Source: Vicugna vicugna
Lineage: Eukaryota
Direction: 5' to 3'
NCBI GenBank assembly: GCA_013265495.1
Contig: MU058687.1
Span: 4,338,093-4,402,092 of the forward strand
Length of the DNA stretch: 64,000 bases
In this document: in pieces, positions 36,440 through 49,340 of the stretch
How the letters are laid out: every line of letters starts with the position of its first letter
Position numbering within the stretch: position 1 is the stretch's first letter
Made by a program: the position numbers and the translations under genes
The notes under the pieces: model-generated
Told to the model about the DNA's origin: nothing
What the model saw: only the letters and a program-made list of their open reading frames with translations
The model's database searches: none

Positions 36440-39400
36440 GTGAGTACAAGCTTTTCATACTTGAGATTTTTTTCAAAGTTCAGAGGTTTCAAGAAATCTT
36501 AAAGGACATTATGTAAAAAGATGGCTCTTCTGGAAGATTCGTAAGCAATTTCCTCATCCAGAAACTTGGAAAATAAAGGGCTAATGTTCTTATGGGAAGA
36601 GCAAAGAGGCATTTCTTTGCAACAGCGCTGGATGTTTTTCCATGTACTTACTTGCTCTTTTTTCTTTAGATTAGACTATCTTTGAGAAACCAGATAGACA
36701 ATTCAGACAATATTTTTGTTCTACGGAGTTCAGTTTCCCATGAATTAAATCATCTGAATAACAATTTTGAGACTTTTCCATTTGCATTGCCTAGAACTTA
36801 GAGGATATTTAAGGAATGGAGCTATTTCTCAAAAAGTCTGAGTTTAAAGAATTTCTCAGACCTTAGAAGTGGTGAAAACGTTAAGAGTTCATTATTTTTC
36901 CCAACTAGAAATGTTTAAAGTATTCTCAAGGGTCTTTCAAATGTAGGCAGAGACTCCCTCTGGCCAAATTTATTGCTATCTATTTAGTTTGCATATACAT
37001 AGACATTCTGTTCATACAGAGATTTCTATTTTGTGAGTATATTTATGTGTATGTATCTGTGCATTTGGTTCATAGTGGAAGAGAGCCAATTATTACTGTG
37101 GTTCACGACTGATACTTAAGGTTTATAACTGATTTAATTCTAGGAGAAGACTGATTTCATGGACAGGATTCTAGCACTGAGGGTGGAGATACTTCAGTTC
37201 TGTGGGAATCTGTAACCTGTGTCTCCACTTCCTTCCCGTATTATGTTCCTAATGTGATTACTTTTAGAGATGAGCAAACACTTGAAATGTCTGAATACCT
37301 TTGCAAAGGGATTTGTTAAAACGCTCTGACTTAGTGGGTCCTGCTGACCTTCTGATTTTCTAAATGCAGCCTTCCTGATAGGAGTTTATTTTACAAATTG
37401 AAACCATGGTTGTCATCAGTTGATTTTATAAAAAAAGATGCATAATGTTATCTGAACAAATGCTAAAGTCATATTACAGTTTGCACAGGTGGGAGCAGGT
37501 GCCAATTACAATGCTTTCTGTTTCATGTCTATTTGATTTTCCTTGATTCCTTATTCCTCATTTTTTTTCATGTATGTGGTGTCTCTTGCCCTGTTTTCCA
37601 TTTTTTTTTTGGTAGCCTTTTTTCTTTATACGCCCTGCTGGTCTGTTAAGATACACTCAGGAGAAACAAGGCGGGAATCTGGAATTTGGCATTAGATTGC
37701 TCATTCTAATTACTTGGCATTATTGAAAGTCTGCTTTTCGCATGTATGATTTGGAAATACTGTTTCACTCTGAAGCAGGCCGGTATATACCCATCCGGAA
37801 CACCTGGGGGAACTGTGCTGTACACTCTTTCTTTCCCTCCAACCTCTCTGCATGGGAGGCTTTTTTCCTTAATGGTGGGTGTACTGCTTCTTTATCCTCA
37901 CAAGTTTATCCCATGCCACACATACATACCACTTCCGGTAGAACGTGGTCAGGAGGAGACACTGCAAGAGGCAGAAAGGTAAGTTACTCTGCCTGCGGGG
38001 AATACGCAGGATCTTCGGAAGGTATGTACCCTTTTTTCTCTCGCTGCAGAGTTCCTTTCTGCCACGCAGGCCAGGCATTGTTTTCTGCTGAAAATCAACC
38101 AGGGTTCTTTCCACTTTTCTGTGATTGTTTTTGATTTTGTCAAAAGCAGACTGTGCCTCAGTCTGGGGTGAGGACTATTGCATTATCTGACTTGAATGCT
38201 TTTGTCAATATACAGTGAAATTCTGGAACCAGGATTGGGAAAGTTCAGCTTTCTTTTGTGGAAATAGCTTCTTATCCTCAGAAATGTCTCTAAGACATCC
38301 AGGCTGAGGGTAATGTATTTTGAGTTTTATTCTATAAACCATGCAGTTGAATTTTTGATTGTAGAAGATTTCTGGGCTCAAATTATTTAAAGAATCTACT
38401 TGCCTAGTCTCCTCTTGGAGAGTAGACCAGGGCTTTTAGGATTGGATGGCTATATAGAAATGTGAACAAGTACATTTTAATTGCAGAATGTGGGAAATAT
38501 ATAGAATCCAGATATATAGGATGTAACTATGAAGTTTGGCTGTAGACATTTAATGAACCAAATAAATCTAAATGGTAGGTTGCTTAAAACTGTTACAATG
38601 GATGTCTCTGTATCCAGTGATTGACATTTAAAGTATTTGGAGTAACTTCTCTTTTGGAACTAGCATCAGAGCCAGTTTGTTCCACCAAGAGAATCAACCT
38701 CAACTCTTTACATCATAGATGATTATTTCCTGTAATCAACCTTGACCCTTAGAGTTGTAATCTGTTACTCCATAAACATCTTCAAAACAATGTGCCTACC
38801 TATGTTAGCAAAGTCCTGGTAGCTTAGCTTACATCAGGAGTTGAGCATTAACTCTGAGTGTCACCAGCAGATTTGAACAAGACTCAACCTTATCATTGGC
38901 AAAAGCCATGGGGGAAAGTGCCAAGAAAGGAGATAGAATACAATTAGTGAATAGAAGAGAAAGAAGGATGAAAGAGAAAGAATATAGAGAAAATCAGGGA
39001 TTACGTTTTCTGTGAGAAGCACACAGGTGGTTAGTAATTGCTCTGGTACCACGCCTGCCCCAGGTGGCCTGCCTTTGACCTACATAAGAGAAATAGGGCA
39101 TGTGTTGTAAGTGGAGTGCCATCAAGGAAATCTGGCTTTTACCCAATCCTTAGGCATGGTATATTTTGTAGAATGCTGCCTATGTCTAAAGTAAATTGAA
39201 TTCCTTGAAATACTGTCATAAGACCATGTGAATTGGTTAGAGATTCAATCTAATGGCAAAAGTTGTGTTTTTAGGGGAAAAAAGTGTTTGAATATTATTA
39301 TTTTCCATGAGCAGCTTCTCAGGAAACCGGATTGATCCTCAGTTAGTGGAAATGAAAACATCTCAATTTATTATTGCATATCCAAGAATAGAAACCGGTT

Positions 39401-41364
39401 CAATAAGGAAATGGCTAGGCTATGCTATTTTCCAAAATGAAGAGCTCCATTCATCGTGTATAGAGAAGTAATTATATCTGGACATGTCTTACTAGTTTCT
39501 AAACAAATGTCTGCATTTTAGAGTCTTCCTCACTTCCTCAAGCATGTTCTATCACTTGTAACCTTTGTATTTTTCTTGACTGTTTGCCAAATTTGGCATT
39601 TGCTTGACAATTTTGAGGTGCTGTCACATAGATATGGCCTCCCTGAGTAGACATTACATTTAAGATGCAACATAGGCGGTTAGCATGAGCAGACCAAGCC
39701 TGGGTGGCTGTAACTTTATTCGGTCGTTCTTTGTGAAAGCATGGTGGGTTGGAGGCCGTGGAGTGGATTGCAGCTTCATTTTATAAAGATAGCTGTAAAG
39801 CTGATGTAAGTGGCTGTGGAAGTATGGCGTGCCTTCTCTGTGGCTGATTACCTTGTTTGAGAGAGATTCCCTTGTACTGGCTAGAGAACAATCATCTGAT
39901 TGGAAACCCAAGTATAATCGATGTATTAAGTGTCTTATCTAGTTTTAAGATGTGACTTTCCAACTTTTCATGTAATAGTAAAATCATAGGTGGTTTCATT
40001 TAGGTGATGTTTAGGGCTGTTTTGAAACTACAATGGACAGAATCATCCCAGAAGCACTTTTAAGCTCATGGAGGATCCAATAAGATCTGTGGAAGGACAC
40101 ACAAGTAAGAATCTCCAAAGAAAATCTTTAGTTCTGAAAAATTCAAAACAGGGGCTGATTTTCCAGAGGGTAAGCACCACGCACACATTGTTGGGGCTAC
40201 ATTTCAAGGACAACAAAAGGAATGAAACCTTCTAAGGGTCCTTAAAGGGTATTGTTTATGGATATGGGGTTCTTACTGGTATTTTAAATCAGGGCAGAGA
40301 GCCTGGGCAGTTTCAGTGTGTTGTAGCCATCGCGCAGAACCCCTTTCCCATATTGTGTGGTGGTGCCACCCCCATTGGCAGCCTGTTGTCAAGGCCCTCT
40401 CTCCTTCACAGCATCACAAAATGCTGCACCAAACCTGGCTCACTTGCACATTTCCACACACACGCAAGAAAGCGATCATTTGGGAGGACTTTTTGAAAAC
40501 AGCGATTTTAAACACCGCACATCTATCCTCACCACCATAGTTACCTTTTAGCATGTTCATGACAGCTCTTTTGGGTTGTATACAGTTTTGGAATCTCGTT
40601 CTTGCTTCTGTGCCCTGGAGAAGTGAATGTGGGACAGTCTGTGGCACAGGAGTCCTTAACGCACATCAAGTTCTTGCTTGGACTTATCCATCGGGCATTT
40701 GTAATGGCTTTGTGGGGTGAAGAGAAGGGGATAAATGTGGGTTCTCAGCCCACCTTCAGCAGCCAGCTACCTGCACAACATGACTAGACGTACACTGTGG
40801 GCTACTTGTTGGAGAAATTGCTAGGTTCACAGCGGCATGAGATAATAGATGTTCTTTGCTTGCAACAAATCGATGGCGAGCAGCTGTGGATCGTGCAGAT
40901 GGTAGAGTGTGAAGCGCCTTTTCAGACAGTTTTCTGCTGGAGTGGCTGTTAAGCTGCACTGTTGGCTATTGATTGGCCTTTTGCTTTTTATTTATTGTGT
41001 GGGTTTATTTATTTTTTAATGTAGTTTGGCATATTGATTAAATCTGTTAACACATTTCCCATTCAGGCTTCAGAAAAAAGTAAGCAATGTATGCATTACT
41101 TAGTGCACAAACAAGAGGGCAGATGTGTGCACATGCTAATTCTGTCTCTTGAGTCCATACAGGTACCCTGGCGTTATGTTAGGAGTCTGTGTTGTTATGT
41201 GTCCAGCAATAATTCCCAAGGATATCAGACTGTAGTATGTCTATGGTTTTGGTTGTGTGTTTATTTCCTACCTCTGTTTTCAGGCTTTGCCTCTCCAGCA
41301 GATAGGCCGTATTTGAGATGTTTACTATTAAAACATCTATTTTCTGCTTAGAACACACTTTCTC

Positions 41365-41720
41365 ATTTACTCATTCATTCCCTGACCAGACACTTCTTAT
41401 TTGCAGATATGATCATGAATAAGATACAGTCCTGTTCTTAAAGACATTACAGTCTGATGGGGAGAGACGCACGTGAAAGTGTTTTCATAGAAATACGGAC
41501 AGTGTACAGTGAGGAGTCATAAAGGGAACGGCATCTGCTCTCCCGGGGTTGAGACTCCATCAGAAAACACTAACCTTAGAAAAGATTTCATTGACAAATG
41601 AGCCTTGAAAAATGTGTAAGTACCTCCTACACAAACATGGTATGGGAGAGGCTGGGAAGGAAAGGCAGCCTTCCAGCAAGCAGAGAGAAATATACCACAA
41701 CCACTGGTGATGTTCTGGCT
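41365..41720 (-). mobile_element. L2 LINE 3' end
   Basis: catttactcattcattc...atgaataagatacagtcctgttcttaaagacattacagtctgatggggagagac. Confidence 0.8.
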
Positions 41721-42559
41721 ACTTCCTCCTGGTCTTTGTTTCTGTTTCGCCAAGCTTTTGTAAATCACATGGTCCTCCTCTTGCCCAGGTGATGTACCTG
41801 TGAGTAAACCTGTGTGCCAACACCTGTCCCTGTCAGAGATCATGAGAGCTTCTGAAACACCCGTCCCTTGGTGGGAGTGGGGTGCAGCTGTGTAGGGAGG
41901 GTACCCTCCCTGAGCCAGAGGAGGTTCTGGAAGCCGACAGAGTCAGGGGCGGGGCCTGGAGGGCTCCTCTTCAGTGGGCTCCAGGGGACCTGGAGGAAAG
42001 CATCCCTTCCCTTTGGTTGTTAAGCTCTTGAAAGTTTAGTTCTGAAGAATGGGTGTCCGGGTGGGGTGAGCTCCCTGAGGCAGGAACTGGCTCCTTTTCC
42101 TCTGTCTCTACATGGGCCAACCCAGAGCCTGCAGTGGTAAACGCGTGTTGAGTGAATACGTGAGTGACTGCATTCTCCTCGGGGTTTCTGGCTTGTCTCC
42201 CTACCTGTTTACACAAATGCTGTTTCTGATGTCGAAATTTCCTTCCAGTCCTTGTTCTAAGCATTTGTGTGGTTAAAATTACACTCTCGTTAAAATCTGT
42301 GCTTTCAATGCGTGATGTGAATTTTCAAAGTATAAAAACCATTAGATTTACTAGTTAATGCACATGATGGTGCCCAGTTCATTGGAGAAGAATCCCCCAT
42401 GTTGGGTCTATTGCTGGGTCCTGGATGTACGCCTAATGCGGCCCAAATCTTATTTCATTGAACCACAGGCAGAAATTTATCTTGGGAATTTAATTATAAA
42501 AAACCATATATTTTAGAAGGTTTATTTGTGATGTATATAACTTAGTACGTTATAAAAGA

Positions 42560-42930
42560 CTTAACAGCATAGTCATTAGGTTTATTAGCTTTAGAATCAA
42601 ACTACTTTAAATGCCAATTCTAATGCTAACACCATGAAATTGAATTAGCCTCTTTTGTTTAGCACAAGGAGTGTGATCTGTACTTAATAAATGGGAGTAC
42701 TAATAGTTTTTATTGTAACTAATAGAATATGACATTTGTCAAGTTCTTATTATGTTCCTGACACTCATCTGTGATCTTTATAAAGATGTTGTCCCTTTAA
42801 TCATCCCAAAGTCCCTATGAAATAATATACTACTATTGTCCTGATTTTAACACTGGGAAAAGCGAGGTCACAGCCGAGTCAGGACTTGAACCCTGGTTTG
42901 CTGACATGTAAGCTCACATTCTTATTAGAT
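42560..42930. mobile_element. MIR SINE fragments in both orientations
   Basis: ctttagaatcaaac...aataaatgggagtactaatag (+) and tttaatcatcccaaagtccctatga...aggacttgaaccctgg (-). Confidence 0.6.
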
Positions 42931-43294
42931 TTGCTCCTATTTAGTCATTATTGGAAATAATAGTTTAATGTCTGTGTTAATTGTTAGACTAGAGTGCTTA
43001 AAAATCCAAATGAGAGGGTCTTCTCGGATAACCTAATTACACAAGCATATAGGGTTGGAAAAGAGAAACTGTATTCTCGGTTGTTTGTTTTGTCATATTC
43101 TGGAATTCTGAACACTTTCGATGTTTCTGTCTTAATACTCAGGTGAAGCCATTTAGTTAGAATGTCTTTAGATATTATAGATTTAGAATTCAAATATCCC
43201 CCCATCGCTCCAAATGTTTATATTTTCATTTTCCATTGACCTAGATCTTCTTATCTCCATTTTTTTCACTTCATTGCAATCTCTTTCTATGTCA

Positions 43295-43535
43295 CAAAGC
43301 ATAGCAGATGAGACCATTGATGTGGAGTGAATGGCCTCTGTTGAAATCTGGACTCTGTCGTTTAATAGCTGTGTTACCTTGAAATTAATGAAGTAATTAA
43401 TTCCTCTGTGTTTCTTAAATGTAACTGTTTATAGGTTCTATCTCATAAGAGTGTTGTAAAGATAAATTGAATTCATAATTGTGAAGTTCAGGGCATGGCA
43501 TGTGATAGCGCCTGCAGAACTATTGGCTACTCTTT
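43295..43535 (+). mobile_element. MIR SINE
   Basis: gttgaaatctggactctgtcgtttaatagctgtgttaccttg...tctcataagagtgttgtaaagataaattga. Confidence 0.7.
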
Positions 43536-44109
43536 AATGTAATTTTCAAAAAGTTAAAAGCATGACTCATACAAATGTAATTTTCATAAAGTTAAACACA
43601 TAGCCAATATAAATATAGAATGAATGTGTGCTAAATTCATTTAACTTCTTCACAAGGGAAACAACAATATGGTGAATGTGTAAACAGCAAGATAGCAAAA
43701 GAATATTTGAAGGACTGGATATTATAGGCATTAAAAAGAATAATAAAATACAAATTTAGGTTAATATGAAACTGTTGAATGTCTCACAGGGTAAAACGCT
43801 CTTAACCTTTGTTGTTAAATTTTCTACTGAATATTGTATCTCTACTGATCAAAAATCTACGGGTTAATTACCTCACAGACACTGGGCTCCAATTAATAGT
43901 AAATATGTATGTCAAACAAAGGTATATTTTCACATAGAATTAAATATTTCTTGTGTGTGTTGAATAGTGTTCCTATATGACATTGAAAAGACACATATTT
44001 CTCTTTTAGCCTTTCTTCTAAGTTTTGGATAATTTTATTAACAATATTATGCTCTATTTGATTACAAATCCCTCTTGACCTTGACTATCTCTCTCACACC
44101 TTTTATTTT

Positions 44110-44330
44110 TTTAACCTGTGTGCCAGTCTCTGTGATGAATTTGTTATATTATTTTGTCATTTATGCAACCCTAGAAATGAGAGTCTAATGATCTCTGTTT
44201 CATAGATGAGGGAACTGAGACAGAGAAGTCAAGTGATTTGCTCAAGGTCGCAAAACCACTAGGCTGGAAAACAAAGACTCAGAGCTACATTTGACCGCAC
44301 AGTCTGGGCTCTTGACTGTCAATGCCTTCT
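44110..44330 (-). mobile_element. MIR SINE
   Basis: tttcatagatgagggaactgagacagagaagtcaagtgatttgctcaaggtcgca. Confidence 0.85.
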
Positions 44331-45524
44331 GAATGCTTCAAGGAAAGTTCTTAATAAACACTCACCCGAACGCATGGGGTTTAGATTAACATTGGCCACA
44401 GAGGTTTACTCCTTTTCTTGCATCAGTTACGCCATATTTTCTAGTGCCTGCATTGTTATTGGGACAGGAGGGCATCACTAGGACTGATCTGCTCAGGTAA
44501 GAGGATCAAAAGCCGCATCAAACAAGTGCCATTTTGCAGGTTTGGTAGGTCTGGGCAGGCAGAGGCTGAGTCCAGAGAAGTCAGAGAGGCTGGGAGGAGC
44601 AGCCTGGTACCAGATGTAAAGCAGGCAAGATTCAAAAGTAAGACAGACACAAAAGAAGCATTCACGAGTGGGCAGCCCCAGAGCTCATGCCCAAAGTTAA
44701 TTCTTTGCATCTGTGTTTTATTCCCAGGCCCAAAGGTGTGCAGTGTGGCTAAAAGGAGGTCAGGAGATGACAGTTAAAGCCAGAGTCTTCCAAGAGCAAA
44801 GTCCTCTTGGGGCCAGTTTCGTAGATGCAGGTTGTAGCTAGCATGCTGCCCATGGGCATTGCTCTTACTTATAAATGCCTCTGATATCAGGAAGGGACTG
44901 TTTTGTGCCTAAAATCTGCTGTACCGCTAATATTAATACACGCACAATATCAAACAGATTCAGCAAGAGCCAGGGCTGCTCGCAGCTTTTGTTTTGTACA
45001 AACCTCCATGAAATGAGCTGGGACTCACAGGTTAAACATTTGTTTCTACAAATCTCAGTGGACGCTTGGACCTATGGTTCAATGAGGAAGAGTCTCCACA
45101 ATTCAGGGACCTGTAGCTTGGCCGGGATTATTATGAGTTGCTGCAGTCTGTGGCCTCACTAATTTCACTTCAGCCATCTTCAGCATGCTCTGTCTGTAGA
45201 CCATTTTTATTCCTTATGTTTAATTATAGCCCATTTATTTCTAGTGTGCTTGGCTAGTTACTTATTGATGTGATGGCAGTAATCCACAGAGAGCCTATTG
45301 GTTCACAGAAGATAATTTTATATTACCTTGTTAGTCACATACAGGTACCATTTTAATGTATTTTTCAATATAGGCTTATAATTTCCTACATTTATTTGCA
45401 TTTATATGTAAAGGCAAAAGAGATGCAAATGACTTCATCTTATCTTGTAAAATAGAGCTAGTAAATATAATTTGGTTCCCTTCCCTTATTTTTTTCCCTT
45501 AACACTTTTTTGTTAGGGAGGGGG

Positions 45525-46150
45525 CATTTGTTGATTCAGGTAAAATTTACATTCAGCAAAATGCACAGATCTTAAGTGCATTATGACATGTTTATAGCTG
45601 CATAACTGACACCCTAGTTAATGTTTATAGCCAGGTAGCTGGCACCCCAGGTAAGATAAAGGACAGTTTCATCTTCCCAAAATGCTCCCTTCTGCCCCTT
45701 CTAGTCAGTCCTCCTCTTTAAGGTTACTGTTGCTTGGGCATACATGAGTTTTGTCTATTTTTGAATACAGATGTAGATACATTTCATATATATATATATA
45801 AATGGTGTCATACGGTGTGGGATCTTTTGTTTCTTCTCCTCTAGCTCCATGGAATGTTTCTAAGGTGCATCCCTGTCCCTGTGCACCCCGGCTGCCTTGC
45901 TCTCTCCTGACTCTCAGCTCCGTCTCCTCCTCTGAAGTTAGTGTGCCAGGCTGTACCTGGGATGCTGTCCCTGCTCCAGGGGGTAGACATTCTCCCAAGG
46001 CCATAAACTGGGGCAGTCCTTGGCTCTCCTTGTTTACCTTTGCCTGATGTCTAATACCTTGCAAGCCATTTTCACACTCATTGTCCTTTTCTTGGTGGTT
46101 TCAGGTCCCTTGTAGATCCGCTTTCTGTTACCCCATCTAGATTGGAAGTG
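45525..46150 (-). mobile_element. Ancient L1M fragments: 3' end (about 45525-45870) next to a 5'-end-like segment (about 45870-46150)
   Basis: ggtaaaatttacattcagcaaaatgcacagatcttaagtg...catttcat...aaatggtgtcatacggtgtg, then aaggccataaactggggcagtc...gttaccccatctagattggaagtgg. Confidence 0.65.
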
Positions 46151-48959
46151 GGTGTCGGCCTGTTTCATTTTGCTTGACTTCACCGTACGCTTGGAGACTG
46201 GGGACGGGAGCAGAGGGGTGATGCCATCACACATAATGAGCTGTGTTTTAAGACACAACCCCGAGGGATGGTTTGAGGCTTTCTATTAGTCCTGGAATAG
46301 CCCTGGTAGTGTAGAGTATTCTAGAACATTGTTTTTTGTTTTGTTCCTGTTTTCACTGGTGAGGGTGGGGGTATCCTTCAACTCTGGTTATAGGCCTTCT
46401 GCAGCCAAAGTTGCTGCACTGAGCTAGTTAAATACCTGCAAACGTGTCTCCATCAAGTGTTTCCTCACCTGGGTTTCGTTATAAGGTCCGCATTGCTTTT
46501 TCCCTCCAGTCCCTCCGATGACACTTGATTAAGCTCAGTGGGTGCACGGGTTGATTTGGCTCTTGCAGCTAGCCGTTCTTATTTTCTTTACCTAGAATTA
46601 TGGTTTGTTTTCCCAGCCACCTTAATCCTGTGGATCTTTGCTGCCTGATCCATGTCTCTTGGCCAAATGAAATTAAGAAGTGTTTTCAAACAAAAAATTT
46701 GGACATTTCGGGAAAGTGGAGGTATTGCTATGCCAGGGAGTGTTTTAGCTGTTGGCTGTTCTTATTTTGATCTTTAGATGCTTGCGTGCACTTATTTTTG
46801 ATGAACGTCTACCCAAAAAAAAAAATAAATAAAAGAGAGAGAAGGCTTTGCATTGTTATGCTTTTTGGTTTTAACTGAGTAATTTTTTTTTTGAAAATTA
46901 AGATTAAACAGCCCTACTGCTGAAGATCTGGAAAATGCATAAAAGTACAAGATACAGGAAAATGCATAATTTTACCAATTATTTATATGAGTGTTTCAGA
47001 CTATGCTTGGCATCAAGCACATAATGGAGGTTCAGACTATCTGTTGGGTGAATGACTGAGCCTTGCGTATTTTCAGAGTCCGAGTTGTGTAGATTCTAGT
47101 GCTCTTTTCAGGAGATGAATAGCGTTTCCACCAGGGCTGGGTGTTTTCTTGCCAGGAGGAACGCTTTAAGGCATGCAGGAATTATAATGAGCATCCCCAC
47201 ATGCCATTTTCTCCTTCAGATGAAAAATGGAAATGCCAAGATGTTTTTATTTTCCTTCTCCCTTGCCCTCATCCCTTCTCACAGAATGCCTTGCAGTTTC
47301 CGAGGGCAGTTATACACGGATGCATCTGCATATAAGTAGAATGGTTTTGCAGTGGGTTGCAGTTTGAGGGGAAAAGCCCTTATAATGCATGTGAGGAAGG
47401 AGCTGCTTGGGTCCCAGGTTTTTTCTGTGGCATCTGCTTCCGGAGAGATGTGGGAGCTTATTTCGCATGATATGTCTTACACCCCTCGGGTGCTCTGGAG
47501 GGCCAGTGAGGAAGTAGAGCTCTTCCACTCCAGTCTCATCCATCAGTTGCTGCTCAGCTTTGTGTTGCCCTCAACTGGTACCTAACAGATGGTCGAAGAG
47601 CTTAGGCACACGGATCCTGCAAAATGCACAGACACAAAGGTTTCTTGGTTTTTGTACACCTAGGTTTCAAAAGTTTTGTATCTCTGCTGGAGAATTCAGC
47701 CAAACCTAGTAAACTGTCAGCCACCGCTCTCGGGAGCGTTGTTAGAAAAACAGGAGCATCTGACTCTGGGCATTATTTCCTGGTAAATTCATTGCGTGCT
47801 TTTTGTAATCAGCCCTCAACTAAATCTGAAATTGCACTTTTACCCAGATATCTTTATATGAGTAAAACCAAATGCATGTTTATAGGAATGAAAGTAAGTA
47901 CCAGTGCATATATACATGTTAGAAATAAATACACGTTTCCTTTAGGGTTTTTTCCCAGTTGTTCTGAAATAATTTTTTCTATCCAGATGCCTTTGTTCCT
48001 GTGTCTTACAGAGTCATGTGTGAACTTTTGGGTGCATCTCAGTCAGTGGACAAGTTTGTGTGCCCCTGTAATTAATTGTACAGGTGATGTGTCTGTGTGG
48101 GCTGTGGACCAGGTGTCTGTCTGCCTTTGAGGATATTTGGTGCAAAGCCTCTTTATCCCACCTGAATACTCAATATTTGGGGTATAATTTTATAGAGACA
48201 AAAAGGATGTAGGCAGGGAGACGTCATCTGGGATTTATTTTTTCTTGAGAATAATCCTCCTTTCTCCTCTCCCTGCCTGAAATTCCCAGATGGCTCCCTC
48301 ATGCTGGTGCTCAAGTGTATCATCTAGTTGAAGCTCACATTGGTGAGCTGGTGCTGGGGGCCCTTTGAAAAAGGGCCTGTAGTTCAACACACATATCATC
48401 ACACGTGCCCGTTGTCCCTGACTCATGAAGAATCATGAGAACAGAGCAAACGGGGAAAGAATGTCTTGAAATAAGTCAGTTTAACCAAACAAACTCTCAG
48501 TGTTGGTAGAGGCTTTATTTCGGTCCCCACAACACAGCCCATGTCTTTCCACCATCTAACTTATTTCATTTGCATTTGGGTTAACTTAGCATTTTTTCCT
48601 ATTATGTAAGGTTTAACGAACAGTGAACACAGCTACAAGCAGATCTCACAGCTATTTCCCAGTGTGGGGTGAACATGCTGTGTTTAGTTATGTTTGGTTT
48701 CCTAGGTAATATTCAATGGTGGCTGTGTTTCCTAAAGCTGCATTGCTTGTCTCGTGAAGTGTTTTGGTGGCAGAGTCTTCAGACATGGAGCAAGGCAGGA
48801 AGGAGTGTGACGTTGAAATTCTTTTGCAGCCGGAGTAGTGACAGTCACTGGATGACCTCGAGTGTCTTCGAGATGATTGTCCCTGCTGCTCCCCTCGGCA
48901 GGCTGTGAGCTCCCCGTTGTTGGCCTCCCTGTTTTTATGTCTGAAATCTTTCCCAGGCA

Positions 48960-49340
48960 CCAGTTCCCGATTTATCTTCCCAGAACATCATTTTTGTCTT
49001 ATTCTTCTTCTGCTCTCAAACCTTCAATGATGTAGTCAAAACCCTACCCCTGGTTTTCAAAGTCTTCAGTAATCTGCTCTTAAAAATCTGTCTCTTGAAC
49101 CAGTTTTTCTTTAATATTCATGGCTTTCTGTGCTCTCTAATCAGGCCAGCGTCCTCACTGTCACTAGCACATTCTATGGTCATTCTGCCCCTGCTGCGCT
49201 AGTTTCTTCCTTTTGAAAAACTTCTCACCTCCTGACCTGGCTTTTCAAATCCTTCAGTTTTTAGGGCCCAGCCTAAGTCTCACCTGTTCCTTTGCATTTT
49301 CTCTGACTACTTTAATCCATACTGATCGTTTCTCCAAAAT
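48960..49340 (+). mobile_element. L2 LINE fragment
   Basis: cttctgctctcaaaccttcaatga...ccttcagtttttagggcccagcctaagtctcacctgttcc. Confidence 0.7.

Noticed and set aside
47624..48130. 168-aa ORF
   Set aside because: No recognisable motif, AT-rich intronic composition, and no splice, poly(A) or TSD signs of an exon or retrocopy.
48690..48712. Recursive-splice-like tttcctAG|GTAATA (similar ttttctAG|GTCAGG at about 24053)
   Set aside because: Mediocre tract or donor. Such AG|GT motifs occur by chance and cannot be supported without nascent-RNA saw-tooth data.
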